Below are positions 1 through 11,794 of a stretch of DNA of 56,258 nucleotides, one piece after another. The number at the start of each line of letters is the position of its first letter. Position 1 is the stretch's first letter. The stretch lies in the NCBI GenBank assembly GCA_003614675.1, contig ML002257.1, positions 1 to 56,258 on the forward strand, written 5' to 3'. Under the pieces are notes generated by a model. It was not told the origin of the DNA and did not search any database. It saw only the letters and a list, made by a program, of their open reading frames with translations. Origin of the DNA: Dimargaris cristalligena. Taxonomy: Eukaryota. A program made the translations under genes and the position numbers.

Positions 1-1356
1 CTGCATATTGCCATTTGCCCATTTATAGACGAACATTCCGTATTAGGGGAAATCCGCCTGACTCGACGGCTCTTGGCCCCGTGCTTTCAACATCCCTAAA
101 AGTGCGTATTATAATCCCTTGGCACAGGAGATTGTTTAACGATATCTTTAACATAATAGTAGGTATAACTAAAAAAAAACAGAGCGACAAACAAAAATCT
201 CAGGATTCTCATTGTTCAATATCGGTTTTGGTCAAATTCCAAGCAATTTTTCAGAAGATATAACTGGCCCACCAGTGTTATCAGTGCAATCATGACCCTA
301 GGGTATTTCTGCTTAGTGGTCGACTATGACTAACTGTGGTCTCTAATGATAATACGCTTCCTTGTATAGGCAGAAATTAGTCTAGAACTGATAGCTACAC
401 CATAAAGTCAATTGGCCCGTATTTATATGATCAGTGAAGTTTTCTCTTCAAGGCTTGCCAGACTTTGTAATTGTCTCTAAATTACATTAGCCTGCTAAAT
501 CTGTGTGTGTAATACTGGAACCCGGGAGGACAGAAGGGTTCGGTGCGACCTTACTGGATAGGGGGGAATCACCCCCGATTGTCTGATTAGCCCGTAAAGC
601 TGGCAGTCCCTGGGAGGCGGGAACTAGTGGAAAGATGATGCTGACAACAATGTATCTGGTCGAGATATGGGGCAGTAACGGGACTAAAAAAATAGTGAAT
701 TTAACGAGTAAAAATAATTTTCTATAAAAGAGTAATTCGAAAAAAAAACCATGTAAAGTTGAATCAGCAATCGTGTAAAATAATCATGGCCAATTACGGC
801 TTAAATTGTGTTGGTTCCTTCTCTAAATTATATATAAATTATCAAATTAATAGATCCATAATGAAATATATATATTTTTAATAATAATTTAATGGAATAC
901 TTGGGAGAGATAGCTATATAATAATAGGGGTCGTACTTGAACTTACAATTCTGCTTGGGAATGCGCTCTGCACCACGCTCCCCCTTTTTCGCCCACAAAA
1001 ATCAGCGGTTTGATAATCTCGAATCGCAAAACTGTAATTTAATAGCCTGGAGGTGGTACATGTGGTCACTATCGAAGGGCTCTTCGTCATTGACAGTCTC
1101 TGTTACCGAACCAGTTCTCGTTTCGGCTGTTGACTTTTCATAGATAGTTTCCGAGGCGACGATGGGTTCTATCGTTTGGATCTATGGCAGCGCCTACGTT
1201 GCAGTAATATGGATTATTTCGGAAACATAAGTAACTGATAGTATCGAGAATTAACTTTCCCTAATCCCGCGCTGTACAACAATATACTTCGACTCGCAAG
1301 TACTTGCTAATATGTCATTCTGACAAAACATTAAAAAGCCGGTCAATGGTTAGAAG

Positions 1357-1366
1357 ATCACGTGAT
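1357..1366. promoter_or_regulatory. Palindromic E-box ATCACGTGAT (Cbf1/bHLH-type site) upstream of HAS1
   Basis: Perfect 10-bp palindrome about 120 bp upstream of the HAS1 ATG. The same motif recurs upstream of other genes in the window. Confidence 0.5.
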
Positions 1367-1484
1367 ACAAGTCGGTACACTTTTTTTTATTTGTGCATTA
1401 TGGTTTCTCGCCAAAGTAGCAAGTCTACACATTCACTACCTTTTTCTTACTTTACAAAAACTTAATTGAATTTCACCTGCCACC

Positions 1485-3455
1485 ATGGGTCGTGTACGGA
1501 ATCGAAACAAGAACAAGGCCACCGAAACAGCCTCGCAACCTTCGGCCGAGACTCCCATCGACGCCAAGAAACAAACGAAAGACAATAGTTCGTTAAATGA
1601 GACCAAAAAAGAGGTAGCTCCTTCAACGGCAACCGCACCGCCAAAGACCAAACCCAAAGCCAAAAAACCGAAAACGACAGCTCCCTCCTCCGACCTACCG
1701 GGTATGTACTATAATAATTACCTGACCTTGAACAGCCACTTTGCTTCTTGATATACTGAAACTGGCATCCACCCCCTGCGAATTTGCATTCAACGGACGC
1801 TTGACGACTCCCACTAACCCCCCATTATTACCTCTCTCTCCTCCGAATGTCAATTTATCATAGCTATTAAAGTGAGCACCGATGAAGCGGACCAGGGAAA
1901 GTTCGAATCCTTGGGTATTTCCTCCAGCCTTAAGGATGCCATTCGTGATATGGGTTTCACCAAGATGACCGACATCCAAGCCCGCTCGATCCCCGCGGCT
2001 CTATCTGGACGAGACATTTTAGGTGCGGCCAAGACGGGTTCGGGTAAAACTGCGGCCTTCCTCATTCCGATTATTGAACTCCTCTCCAAAATTTCCTTCA
2101 AACCTCATAATGGAACGGGCGCCATGGTCGTGTCCCCGACCCGTGAGTTGGCCCTGCAAATCTACGGTGTGCTACGGCAACTCATGGTATTCCAAACCCA
2201 AACCTTCGGGGTCGTTATTGGTGGTGCGAACCGGCAGTCCGAGGCTGAAAAGCTGGCCAAAGGGGTCAATATTCTGGTCGCCACCCCGGGGCGCTTGGTG
2301 GACCACATGCAAAACACAACCGGGTTCGTATACCGGAATTGTAAGGTGTTGGTCATTGACGAAGCCGATCGTATCCTGGACGTCGGTTTCGAGAAGGAAA
2401 CCCGCCTCATTGTCAAGCTGCTGCCTCCCGAACGCCAAACCCTGCTCTTCTCGGCTACGCAAACCACCAAAGTTAAGGACCTGGCCCGTATTTCGCTTAA
2501 GAAGGGGCCCCTGTATGTCAATGTGGACGAAGACAAGGTGGATTCGACGGCCGACAATTTGCAACAGGGGTTCGTGGTCGTCGAAGTGACCAAACGATTC
2601 ACCCTGCTCTACACCTTCCTGCGCCGCAACCTTAAAAAGAAGGTCATTGTGTTTCTGTCCACATGCCAAATGGTGGACTTTTACCGGGAGCTGTTCAATT
2701 ACATTGATGTGCCGGTACTGGGTCTCCACGGTAAACTAGCGCAAACTAAACGGTCGGCGACTTTCTTTGAGTTCCATAATGCCGAACGAGGTATTCTACT
2801 CTGTACGAACGTGGCGGCGCGCGGGTTGGATATCCCTGAGGTGGACTGGATTGTCCAGTGCGAGGCCCCCGATGACCCAGCCAACTATATCCATCGGGTG
2901 GGTCGAACGGCGCGGGCGGGTCGGAATGGTCAGTCGGTATTGTTCCTGCTCCCCAACGAAATCAAATACCTTCAGTACCTTAAGATCGCCAAAGTGCCCC
3001 TACAGGAATACGATATTGGGGCCAATCGCCTGCCCAACCTCCAGCCCCATCTCGACCGGCTGATTCAGGGAAATAAGTACTTGACCAACTCGGCTAAACA
3101 GGCCTTCCGATCCTTCATCATGGACTACCACTCCCGTAAACACAAGGATGTCTTTGATATCCGGAAACTAGCTGTTCAGCCTTTGGCCGCATCCCTGGGG
3201 CTTACCAGCGTTCCTTCGGTCGGACCCAAGGTGAACCTTGGTGAAGTCGATTCGATCTCTAATGATACCGATGACGACGAGTCCGAGGGCGAGGGCGAAT
3301 TTGAAGTGTCCCGCGAGAAATCAGATAAGGAAGGCGCGAAAGAATTGCATTCGGGCCATGGGTCAGGGAAGTCGCAGCCCGGACTGAAGCATAAGGCCAA
3401 AGGGGGCCACTCCCGCGACTCCAAGCCCTTTAAGAGGCAAAAGAAAGCCGACTAA
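1485..3455 (+). CDS. HAS1: DEAD-box RNA helicase Has1/DDX18 (ribosome biogenesis)
   Basis: Exons 1485-1701 and 1864-3455, with a GTATGT...TAG intron that keeps frame. Motifs [21 protein letters not shown] and HRVGRTAR. Has1-typical context ([10 protein letters not shown], '[16 protein letters not shown]', 'KKKVIVFLS'). Confidence 0.92.
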
Positions 3456-4442
3456 CACGGGCATGCCGGAACGAGCCATCCAAGCCCGATTGAAAAACCA
3501 ATATTATTAAAATGCCATGCTATTTTTATAGATTTTCCTGGTTCATTTGATTTATTTTTTATATTATTTCGAGCGGGTTGACTTTTCAATGGCTGCGTCA
3601 ATAGGGTTAATATATTGTTGCAAACCGGATGAAAATGATAAATAATATCAATCAATTATTGTGCTTTGTTGGAAGCTTTACGGGAATAGTCGAAGGGGCT
3701 TTGGGATATGTACCGATGGAGTGCTGCTTGGCAAAATCAATGGCCAGCTTCCATAGTAATCGGTGGGGACTGGTCTTTGGCATTCATTATCCACGGTAAT
3801 ATTTTTATAATTCAGCGTCGACCTAACGCAGGTGCCAGAAAGCCCATGTTGGTGGAATTGCAGTACTGCTTCTGTTGCTTGATTACCACTGGGCGTGCCA
3901 ATTCACTAAAACTGGGGGGGGTGTAAGTGGGGCACATCTAAATAATGGATACTTAGTTGGCCACCAGGCAAATCATGTGACCACAAGTGCACTGGGTGAT
4001 ATGGGAGGACTATGGTAGGCAGATTGGCTCTGTTCACCACAGCCCTAATATATGGGGAGGAATTAGGCCTATTCTCCAACTCGCCCATACTAATAATATT
4101 CTCGCCCCTCCACCCAAATTTTGGCCCAAAGTGAGAAAAGAAAAAAAATACAGCATTATTTTTTTCTAAGGAAAATAGTATGGGCCACCGGCAATAATTT
4201 AGGCGAAGGAATACCAATTCGAGATATATCAGTTTGCCAGGCTGGAGTCGTTCAGTGTTCGAATGTATCTCTATACCGACGAACCTTAGGTCCATTGCAC
4301 CCTAGTTGCCATTCTTTTCTGGACATTAGCTCGTTTGTTCCTCCTAAAAAGCAGAATCCTCTTTGAATCCCACCGACTATTTGCCGTCTTCATTCATCCC
4401 TTCAATTCCTGAGCCTTCGACGACCCTTGTCCACCAGTAGCC

Positions 4443-6260
4443 ATGAATAGTGACGAACTCGTTTGGCACGTCATTAGCAAGCAGTTCTGCTCGTTCAAGA
4501 CTTCGTAAGTGCCGTTTCCCTTTCCTAGTACAACATTCACCCAGTCCCCGAGACCGTATGAAGTAACGGCTCGGCGATCTGCCCATGGGTCTTGGCCCTC
4601 CTTGCACTTCGGACCCTTCCCAATGCCTCGGCCACTCCGCACGTTGGCCTAAAAGCTCCAGTCTAGGACCATGATATCCCCTGCAGAGTTTATCACCTTC
4701 CCATCTATTTTATCCATCGCCGCATCACACCAGCAATTGTCCTGGATTTACTACTCTAGTTACTGGCTCAATGGTTTTAAATTTCACTAATATTTACCTA
4801 CCCCGGGTTTTCCTTAACGATGCAATGAACTCCATAGGACGGACACCCGGAAGTTCTGCCGCAATGAGTACAATGTGACCGGTTTCTGTGACCGCATGTC
4901 GTGTCCTCTCGCCAATAGCCGGTATGCCACCGTTCGGGAGCATAGGGGTAGGGCTTTCTTATACGTCAAAACCGCCGAACGTTCCCATACCCCCGCGAAA
5001 ATGTGGGAGCGTATTCTCCTACCCAAAAACCTGGAAAAGGCCGACAAAATGGTAAGTGATTAGTGCGTTGGTTGTGTGATTGTGCTATTTCCTACTGTCC
5101 TATATGAATGCCACGGCTCGGGTACATCGACCCACTGGATGACCTATCGTTGATTAAACAAGAATGAGCGACATCTCCCTCTACCAGTGCGCCCTATCCT
5201 CAACTATAATCTAATCTACATTTTCGCATCGCTTCCACATGCATTGCTATTACAATTATTCCTGATATTTAATAGATCGAGGACGAGCTGATCTACTGGC
5301 CGCATTTTATGCTTCGTACTTGTAAGACACGTTTGACTAAAATCACCCAGTACTTGATGCGCATGCGTAAGATCAAGCTTAAGAGCAAGTAAGTAGCCCG
5401 ACACCCAAATCTAAAACCCCCTATTCGCAATTGATTCGTATCTACATGGCTTCATGGATTCCTACACCCTCCCCCTCATTCGATACCAATGTCGTCTCGT
5501 CTTAATTATCGTGTATAGATTTTAACCGTACCGCAATCTTATTTTTACGTCTATTCACACCTACTCCTCCCCATACCATCTACCAAATAGAACCAAACTT
5601 GTAACTTTCAATAAAAAGGCCGAGCGGCGCGAAGCCAGTCGCGAGGTCAAGGCCGAAACCGCGGCCCGTTTGGACAAGGCCATCGAAAAAGAACTCCTTG
5701 AGCGGTTGCGGACCAAGGCCTACGGTGATGCCCCCATCAATATCCGTCAGAATGTCTGGAAGCAGATTCTGGCCAACGAAAAAATCGAGGCGGCCGATGA
5801 TCAATCGGACGAAGAATACGCCGATCTAGAAGATGGTGTGGAATACGAAAATGAAGACGAAGAAGAGTTGGATCCCGAAGCCGATGAGGAATTCATCCGG
5901 GAATTCGTGTCTGATATCAGTGACTCCGAAGACGATATGGAGGACTTTGGGGAGTATGACTTCTCCGATGAGGATGAAGACGAAGAAGAGGGTGCTGATG
6001 ACGACGACGATGATGATGGTGACGACGAGGACGCCTTTTCGGCTTTGGATAATATCGAAACGGTTGGAGAGGGCGAAGATAGCGAGGAGGATTCGGACGC
6101 CGAAGGTTCCGCACCGGCAGCATCGACGAAATCGGGCAAGCGGAAACAAGCCCCCAGCAAGCGGCAATCCACCCAAAAACCCAAGCGTCGGGCAGGTCGG
6201 GTGGAGATCGAATACGAACGCGAATCGATGGGAAATGCTTCCGCTCGCAATTCGTGGTAA
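4443..6260 (+). CDS. MAK16: Mak16, 60S ribosome biogenesis factor
   Basis: Exons 4443-4504, 4838-5051, 5276-5388 and 5591-6260. Spliced protein reads [57 protein letters not shown], then an acidic tail and EIEYERE. Confidence 0.95.
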
Positions 6261-6685
6261 CAAAAAAAACCCCCTTTCCTTGTCCATTCCAATATTTTTC
6301 TTTTTCCTGTCTTTTCCATACCCGAATTCATTTGTTCGGTTCTCCATTTCCTACTCGAATTTAGTGACTTGGTAAGTCCTTCGCGATTATATTCTCTCGT
6401 TGGGCTTATCTAACTTACTCTCCTAATTTTATAACCAGTAAAAATGAGGCATTATTATTGCAATAGTATTATTTCGCGACTGTGGTTGATGGGTACTAGA
6501 CTGTAAAAGATTCGGAGTAGATCACGTAATATGCCTTTGCTATTATTGTCACGAATAAACCATAGTCAGACATATTGCCCTGCTGCAAACTCCAGCCAAA
6601 GTCCAATCTTCAGACCAACCAGGTGGTGGGATGTTCTGGAAGCGGCCGCATTTGTGAATGGAGATGCTCCCCACCTAATCTATAT

Positions 6686-6821
6686 GGGAGAAGTTCATTT
6701 AGGCTGTATAATGAAAAATCCATTGGATGCGGCCAATATTACTGGTTAAAAGATATTCTCACATATATTCGCCCATACACGTATATTGTAAAACCTTATA
6801 CAGCTGGTTTGAATTTTACCC
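6686..6821 (-). mobile_element. 136-bp MITE, copy A (inverted relative to B and C)
   Basis: Near-identical to the reverse complement of 20457-20592. Imperfect TIRs GGGAGAAGTTCA...TGAATTTTACCC. Flanked by ATAT at 6682-6685 and 6822-6825. Confidence 0.85.
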
Positions 6822-7162
6822 ATATATTCTCCGCTGAAGGTCTTAGCACGCAAAATACAGCAAGTGCTATTGTGCCGATAAACTATTCATACATTCGCTA
6901 TAAAACTGCATCTATGCCGTTTAGTGTTTAATTGGGAAAGTCGTATAGATGAGGATAGCTATGGTTCGAGTCGAACCGGTGAAAATCAGGAAATACAGGG
7001 TTGGTTATGAAAGTAATAAAATAAAACCTGGAAATGGAAGAAGCCAGAATAAACAAAAGTAGAGTTGCCATAGTCTCAGATAGCGTGCAATTGACGGTAG
7101 CTCTCGAGTTGTTTCAGGGCGCCTACAACTAGGAAGTGAGGAGGGGGAGGGGTTCTTTGAAT

Positions 7163-8089
7163 TTACAACCGATCCACTATGGCCTGCAGTTTTTCATCTG
7201 GGTAAATCTGGAATCCATCCGCGGCCGTAACCGACGCGACCTGAATGTTTTTCACGTTAAGTTTCTCCTCCATAACCTGCTTCAGCACCTTCAGGGCCAA
7301 ATCTTCGGCCTCGACCAAACCCATAGTTTGGAAATAGTCGTCCTGCAGTTCCGTTTGGGCGCCTTCTGAACCGGCGCCGATCGCCTTGGCCTTGTAACGG
7401 ACATAAGTACCCGACGGATCAGCGTGGTACAGCTGGGGGCCGTTTTCGTCGACTCCGGCAATCAAAAGGGCCACCCCGAACGGACGACTCATGATGGATT
7501 TCTCCCCTTCGGCACCTTCACCGAACCGCAGGGCCAAGTCGCACACGGCCTGGGTGACGCTCTCTACTTTGAGGGGCTCGTTATACGTGAACCGGTGGTT
7601 CTGGGCTTCGACCCGGGCATGATCGATCATAGTACGCGAGTCCGCGGTCAGTCCCGACATGGCGCAGCCCAGGTGGGAATCGATTTCAAGAATCTTCTCG
7701 ATGGAATCGGCCTCCAGGAGACCCGAAGTCACCCGCTTTTCGACCACCAGAAGAACGCCTTCGGTGGTTTCGATGCCGATGGCGGTCGAGCCCAGCTAGT
7801 AGAACGAAACGGCATGGGATAGAATACAAGGGGGAGGAGGCAGGCAAGAGGAGGAAGAGCAGAGGCCATAGAATTAGCAGCAGTCCGAGATGAGCTTAGC
7901 CATGGGGCGACAAAGCATTCCTGAGTCTACGCATACTATGTGATTGGGAGGGAAATACCCGAGCAGTGACTCGGTAAGACCTAATTGTCCTACCTTGATG
8001 GCTTCGATGGCATACTCGACCTGGAAGAGACGACCTTCGGGGGAGAAGGTGTTAACACCACGGTCGTATTCGGATCTGGTAAGAAACAT
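7163..8089 (-). CDS. PUP2: 20S proteasome subunit alpha type-5
   Basis: Exons 8089-7994 and 7795-7163. Reads [39 protein letters not shown]... and [13 protein letters not shown], which is PSMA5/Pup2. Confidence 0.97.
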
Positions 8090-8832
8090 GCTGTAGGATG
8101 AGAACGACGCGGAACGGATAGAGAGTCTGGATAAAGATGTGAACGACGAAGTGTTGGGAAGATGAAGGAGCTAGAAACTACGGAAAGGCGGAGTTGGCAA
8201 CAATGCGAATAGAACGGTAGGTAAGGAGCACTGCTGTAGCTAGTGTGCGAGAGTAACCTATGCCCATAAACTTGGCTGCTGTATAAAGGCTTTAGTCAGC
8301 CGGAGGGGTCATGGAAGTGACCGAGTGCAGTAAACGACAATTAGTCAGACTGGAAACGAATGGCTGCCATATCCGCTTTACTATTAAGTCACCCCATATT
8401 TAGCACCGTATTCCCCAGTAACGGCAGCTGTTCAGCCGGGCTATACATAGACACCTTCCCTGATTTTTGAATAATACTATCATTTCCCGGTGTTATCGTT
8501 CACGGTAATTGGGATGGCAGGGGATTTAAAAGGGCCCACATAAGCTATCATGAAGTAGGGTGCTTTAGGTGGGGCACGGCTGTGTTGCTATAGTTGGATG
8601 GCATTTGCCGAAAGCACTCAAGTCAATTATACCCTGCGCGTTGCAATCCATTGAGATTCAGGCTACCATTCCCTGATAATAGCCAACAGTGTCCCAGCAA
8701 AAAGGCACCGCTATGGGCATTGTCACCAGATTAACCTCATTTATAAATGGACATAAAAGCGCTTTATTATTTAATTGTTGTGAAATCGACCTAAATGGCG
8801 CGTTACCATACAACAACGGGCGTAGGTCCTAT

Positions 8833-11202
8833 TTAAAGCTGTTCGCCGCTGACTACTGCTGCAGAATTCAGTCGGGCATCCAGTAGGCCTTTATAGTGGT
8901 TGAAACGGTCCTGCAGCCGCCGGAACTCGGCCTGGGCCTTATGTTGAACAGATTGGGCATGGTCTATATCTTGATTTATACGATCCAAATCCGTCTCATT
9001 ATGGGTCTGGCGTTCCCGGAGCCGATCTAACCGCTGGGCCAGGCGCTTACGGGCGTCAGCAACAGTTGGTATTGGCGATATTTTTATGGCGTTGTGAATT
9101 TTAAGGATTAGGGACTCTTCATCGTGCCTGGTATAGATTAAGTTGTATAGCAAGTAAGAATAGGGTAGTCAATGTATAGTTGGTTAGAATGCACTATCAA
9201 CCGAGACACTGGATCAGTAATGGTTAATTCAGTACTGTAAACAACCCTGTAAAACCAATAATGGGATATTACACTATACAATTTGGCGTGGTTATATCTA
9301 CTTACTTGAACATATCCCGAGATTCCGGGGCTCCGCCACTTCGAATTTGCTCCAGCTCCCACCGTCGAATTTCTTCGTCCGATTCTTCTAATACTTCATT
9401 CTCACTAGAAGTATCCATCAAAGTAAAAAGAAGGGTGGGGGTTAATAGGGATATTAGTATTTTTGAATGACTAAGTGCTATGCGCAAATAGGCAACGGAA
9501 TTCAGAAGCCCACAATCTTTTCTGCCAAGGATGGGGTAATATGAAAGAAAACAGGTTGAATCGATTGCAGACAGATGTATAAACTTACGCATCGTCAAAG
9601 GCCTTCTGGCGGTCAAGATGGGCCTGGCGCTCGGAATCCCGAATCGCACTCTTGCCTATAATAAGTTCGTCTTCGATAACATCCATCATATCTATTGAGT
9701 ACAAATAGGTCAATAATGTGGATATTTTTGTGAGCTGGTAGTTGATGGTCGAATTATCCGTTGCCCGCTGTTTTTGAGGGTATTAAAAGGTCGGCTACCA
9801 GAGTATACGACACAATTATATCTCAATCCAAACCTTACTACGTTGGTTATAATATAATATATATATAATATCAAGGGACACCCCCGCAAACGTACCATTC
9901 CGATCATCACCAGCATCCAATAAACGCTCTTCCTCGTCTTGGCGCCGGTGGAATTCAGTATCCGACTTCGTATTCATTTAGAAGCGCATAAATATATATG
10001 AAAATAAATTATATAGTCAGTACAGCCAGTGCCTCCATTTACATAATTCTCCTTTGAGTTAGTCTATACTGTGGGCCATAGCCATTCCCATTGGTGGTGA
10101 TCGCCATCTAGTTCACTAAACCTTGGAGCCACGAATACAATAAATTCATAATAACTACGGATTTAAGAACTTACATCGGCCTCGGTAAGTGATATGAAAT
10201 CGGCTTCCTTGGATTTGGCCGGTGGTTTCTCCCGCAATTGCTCCCGTCGTTTCCGGGCGGCATCGACAAGAGCCCGGTCCGGCGTTTTTCCTTCGATAGG
10301 GATGTAGTGAGGTATAGAAGATGTAATTAATGGCCAAAATAAAAAAATATTAATTAATACCGACTTTGGTCATCAAAATAACGGGAGTGCGAAATGTGAG
10401 GCGACGGATGAGACTATGAGCCGATGTATTCAATTATCAGGGATATTCCCGTACCTTCGCTTAGCTGACGCTGAACTTCAGCCAGAATATCGTCGGGTGA
10501 TTGGGCTTGAACCTCTTCTGGTGGTGGCTGCTGTCGTACCGTGCTTTTCTTAAGCTCCTCAAGTTCGTCGGCAGTGTACGAAATACCCGATGTGACAGAT
10601 TGGGGACTTTGGCCCGGGCTGTCCATTGTGCATGCGCGATTCCACGGTTGATACCACGGCGAATTAGAGTCAATATGTATTGCGTTAGTAATCTGGTTCG
10701 TATCTCTGCAGGCATTCGAGCTTTAACTGTCGTAGAGTCCCTTCCCGCCAAAAAATCTCACATTTTGGTACTGGGATGCGTTAAAACATAATGGTCCATT
10801 ACACCATGGGAACGATAGATAAAGCCGCAAACAATAGCCCATAGGTGCAAAACTATACCACTGCATGGTTAATGTAGCGATAATCAAAAATAGTAAACTA
10901 TCTACTTACCTATCCACTCCTTGAATTTTGGTGATACGGTCCTTCCGTTTTGAGAAAGCCTGCCTAGAGGTACTTCGTTTGATTGTAAACGCCGGCTCGT
11001 CGTTGGCGTTTTCATTGTCTAAATTGGATTCATCTGCCTCGAAACTAAGAGTCGACTTCAGCTTAGTAGTTTTCTTGCTCAGCCGTTTACGAAAAGTTGT
11101 CACTGTTGGTTGCGCTCGGTCCTCACTGCCCTTGGGATCCTTCGCGTCCATTGGAATGGCTTTGGCATTGTCAATCCCGTCGTCCGGCAGGGGGGTATTC
11201 AT
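8833..11202 (-). CDS. Ntr2/GCFC2/PAXBP1-like spliceosome-associated protein (about 379 aa)
   Basis: Exons 11202-10910, 10618-10455, 10290-10175, 9965-9896, 9691-9589, 9404-9306 and 9127-8833 join in frame. Family-like motifs LSFEADE, YTADELEELKKST, TPDRALVDAARKRREQLRE..DFISL and EEIRRWELEQIRSG, plus a C-terminal coiled coil. Confidence 0.72.
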
Positions 11203-11794
11203 TTTGAGGGGACGCGTCAGCAATACCCTTTAATGAGCTAGTAGTCTAGGGATGGTAAAAATGGGCGAGGGGCTGTTATGGTTAGGGGCTTGGGGCTTGG
11301 GGTGCAGGGGAGAGAAGAATTCAAGATGGGTTATTGACAATGTCGGGCAGAGCAACGAGCATAGGTAAGTTAAAAGGGTGTTATTTGAACAATGGGCATT
11401 CCCGCTGAAGGAAATGGAAGGGTAGCTAATGCGAATCGTAAGGAGCAGTCAACTATTATTTCCGTAAAGTCGCCAACCGTTCGGCGTAGTCCGAATTGAG
11501 TTACATGCGCGTGGAGGGCGCCTACCCAAAAGCTCCCCGAAACAGCCACATGTATGTCCCGCCTGGCTTTTAGGTTTTTGTTAACTAAATACAATGCAAA
11601 TTCCTTCTTTTCCCACTGTGTACTTTGTTGTCTAATAAACAGGGTTTCCATTGAAGCTACTCCTTTTTCACCTTTTCACCACCCTTCTTCTCTGGAATTT
11701 CCTCTGAACACCTTTCATTTCCTGATATACGGTTCTTCCAAGCTCATTACCTCACTCACAAGACTCCAGCCCCGGAGCTCGCTGTATCCCTCTC

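Noticed and set aside
1-95. Minus-strand frame G-C-TGA-K after a TTTAG acceptor, a possible selenocysteine codon
   Set aside because: No selenoprotein-family similarity, no SECIS visible, and the frame is truncated by the window edge.
2023-3424. Overlapping and antisense ORFs inside HAS1, and similar ones within wc-2, the chitinase, NOC2 and CWF19L1
   Set aside because: Shadow frames expected from GC3-rich codon usage, with no recognisable products.
6963-6977. GGTTCGA-G-TCGAACC palindrome with a B-box-like half, and GGTTCGAGCCC near 40084
   Set aside because: No A box or cloverleaf nearby, and too short to support a tRNA or SINE call.
8090-8830. Rpn4/PACE element (GGTGGCAAA) expected upstream of the proteasome gene
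   Set aside because: No convincing match seen on either strand.
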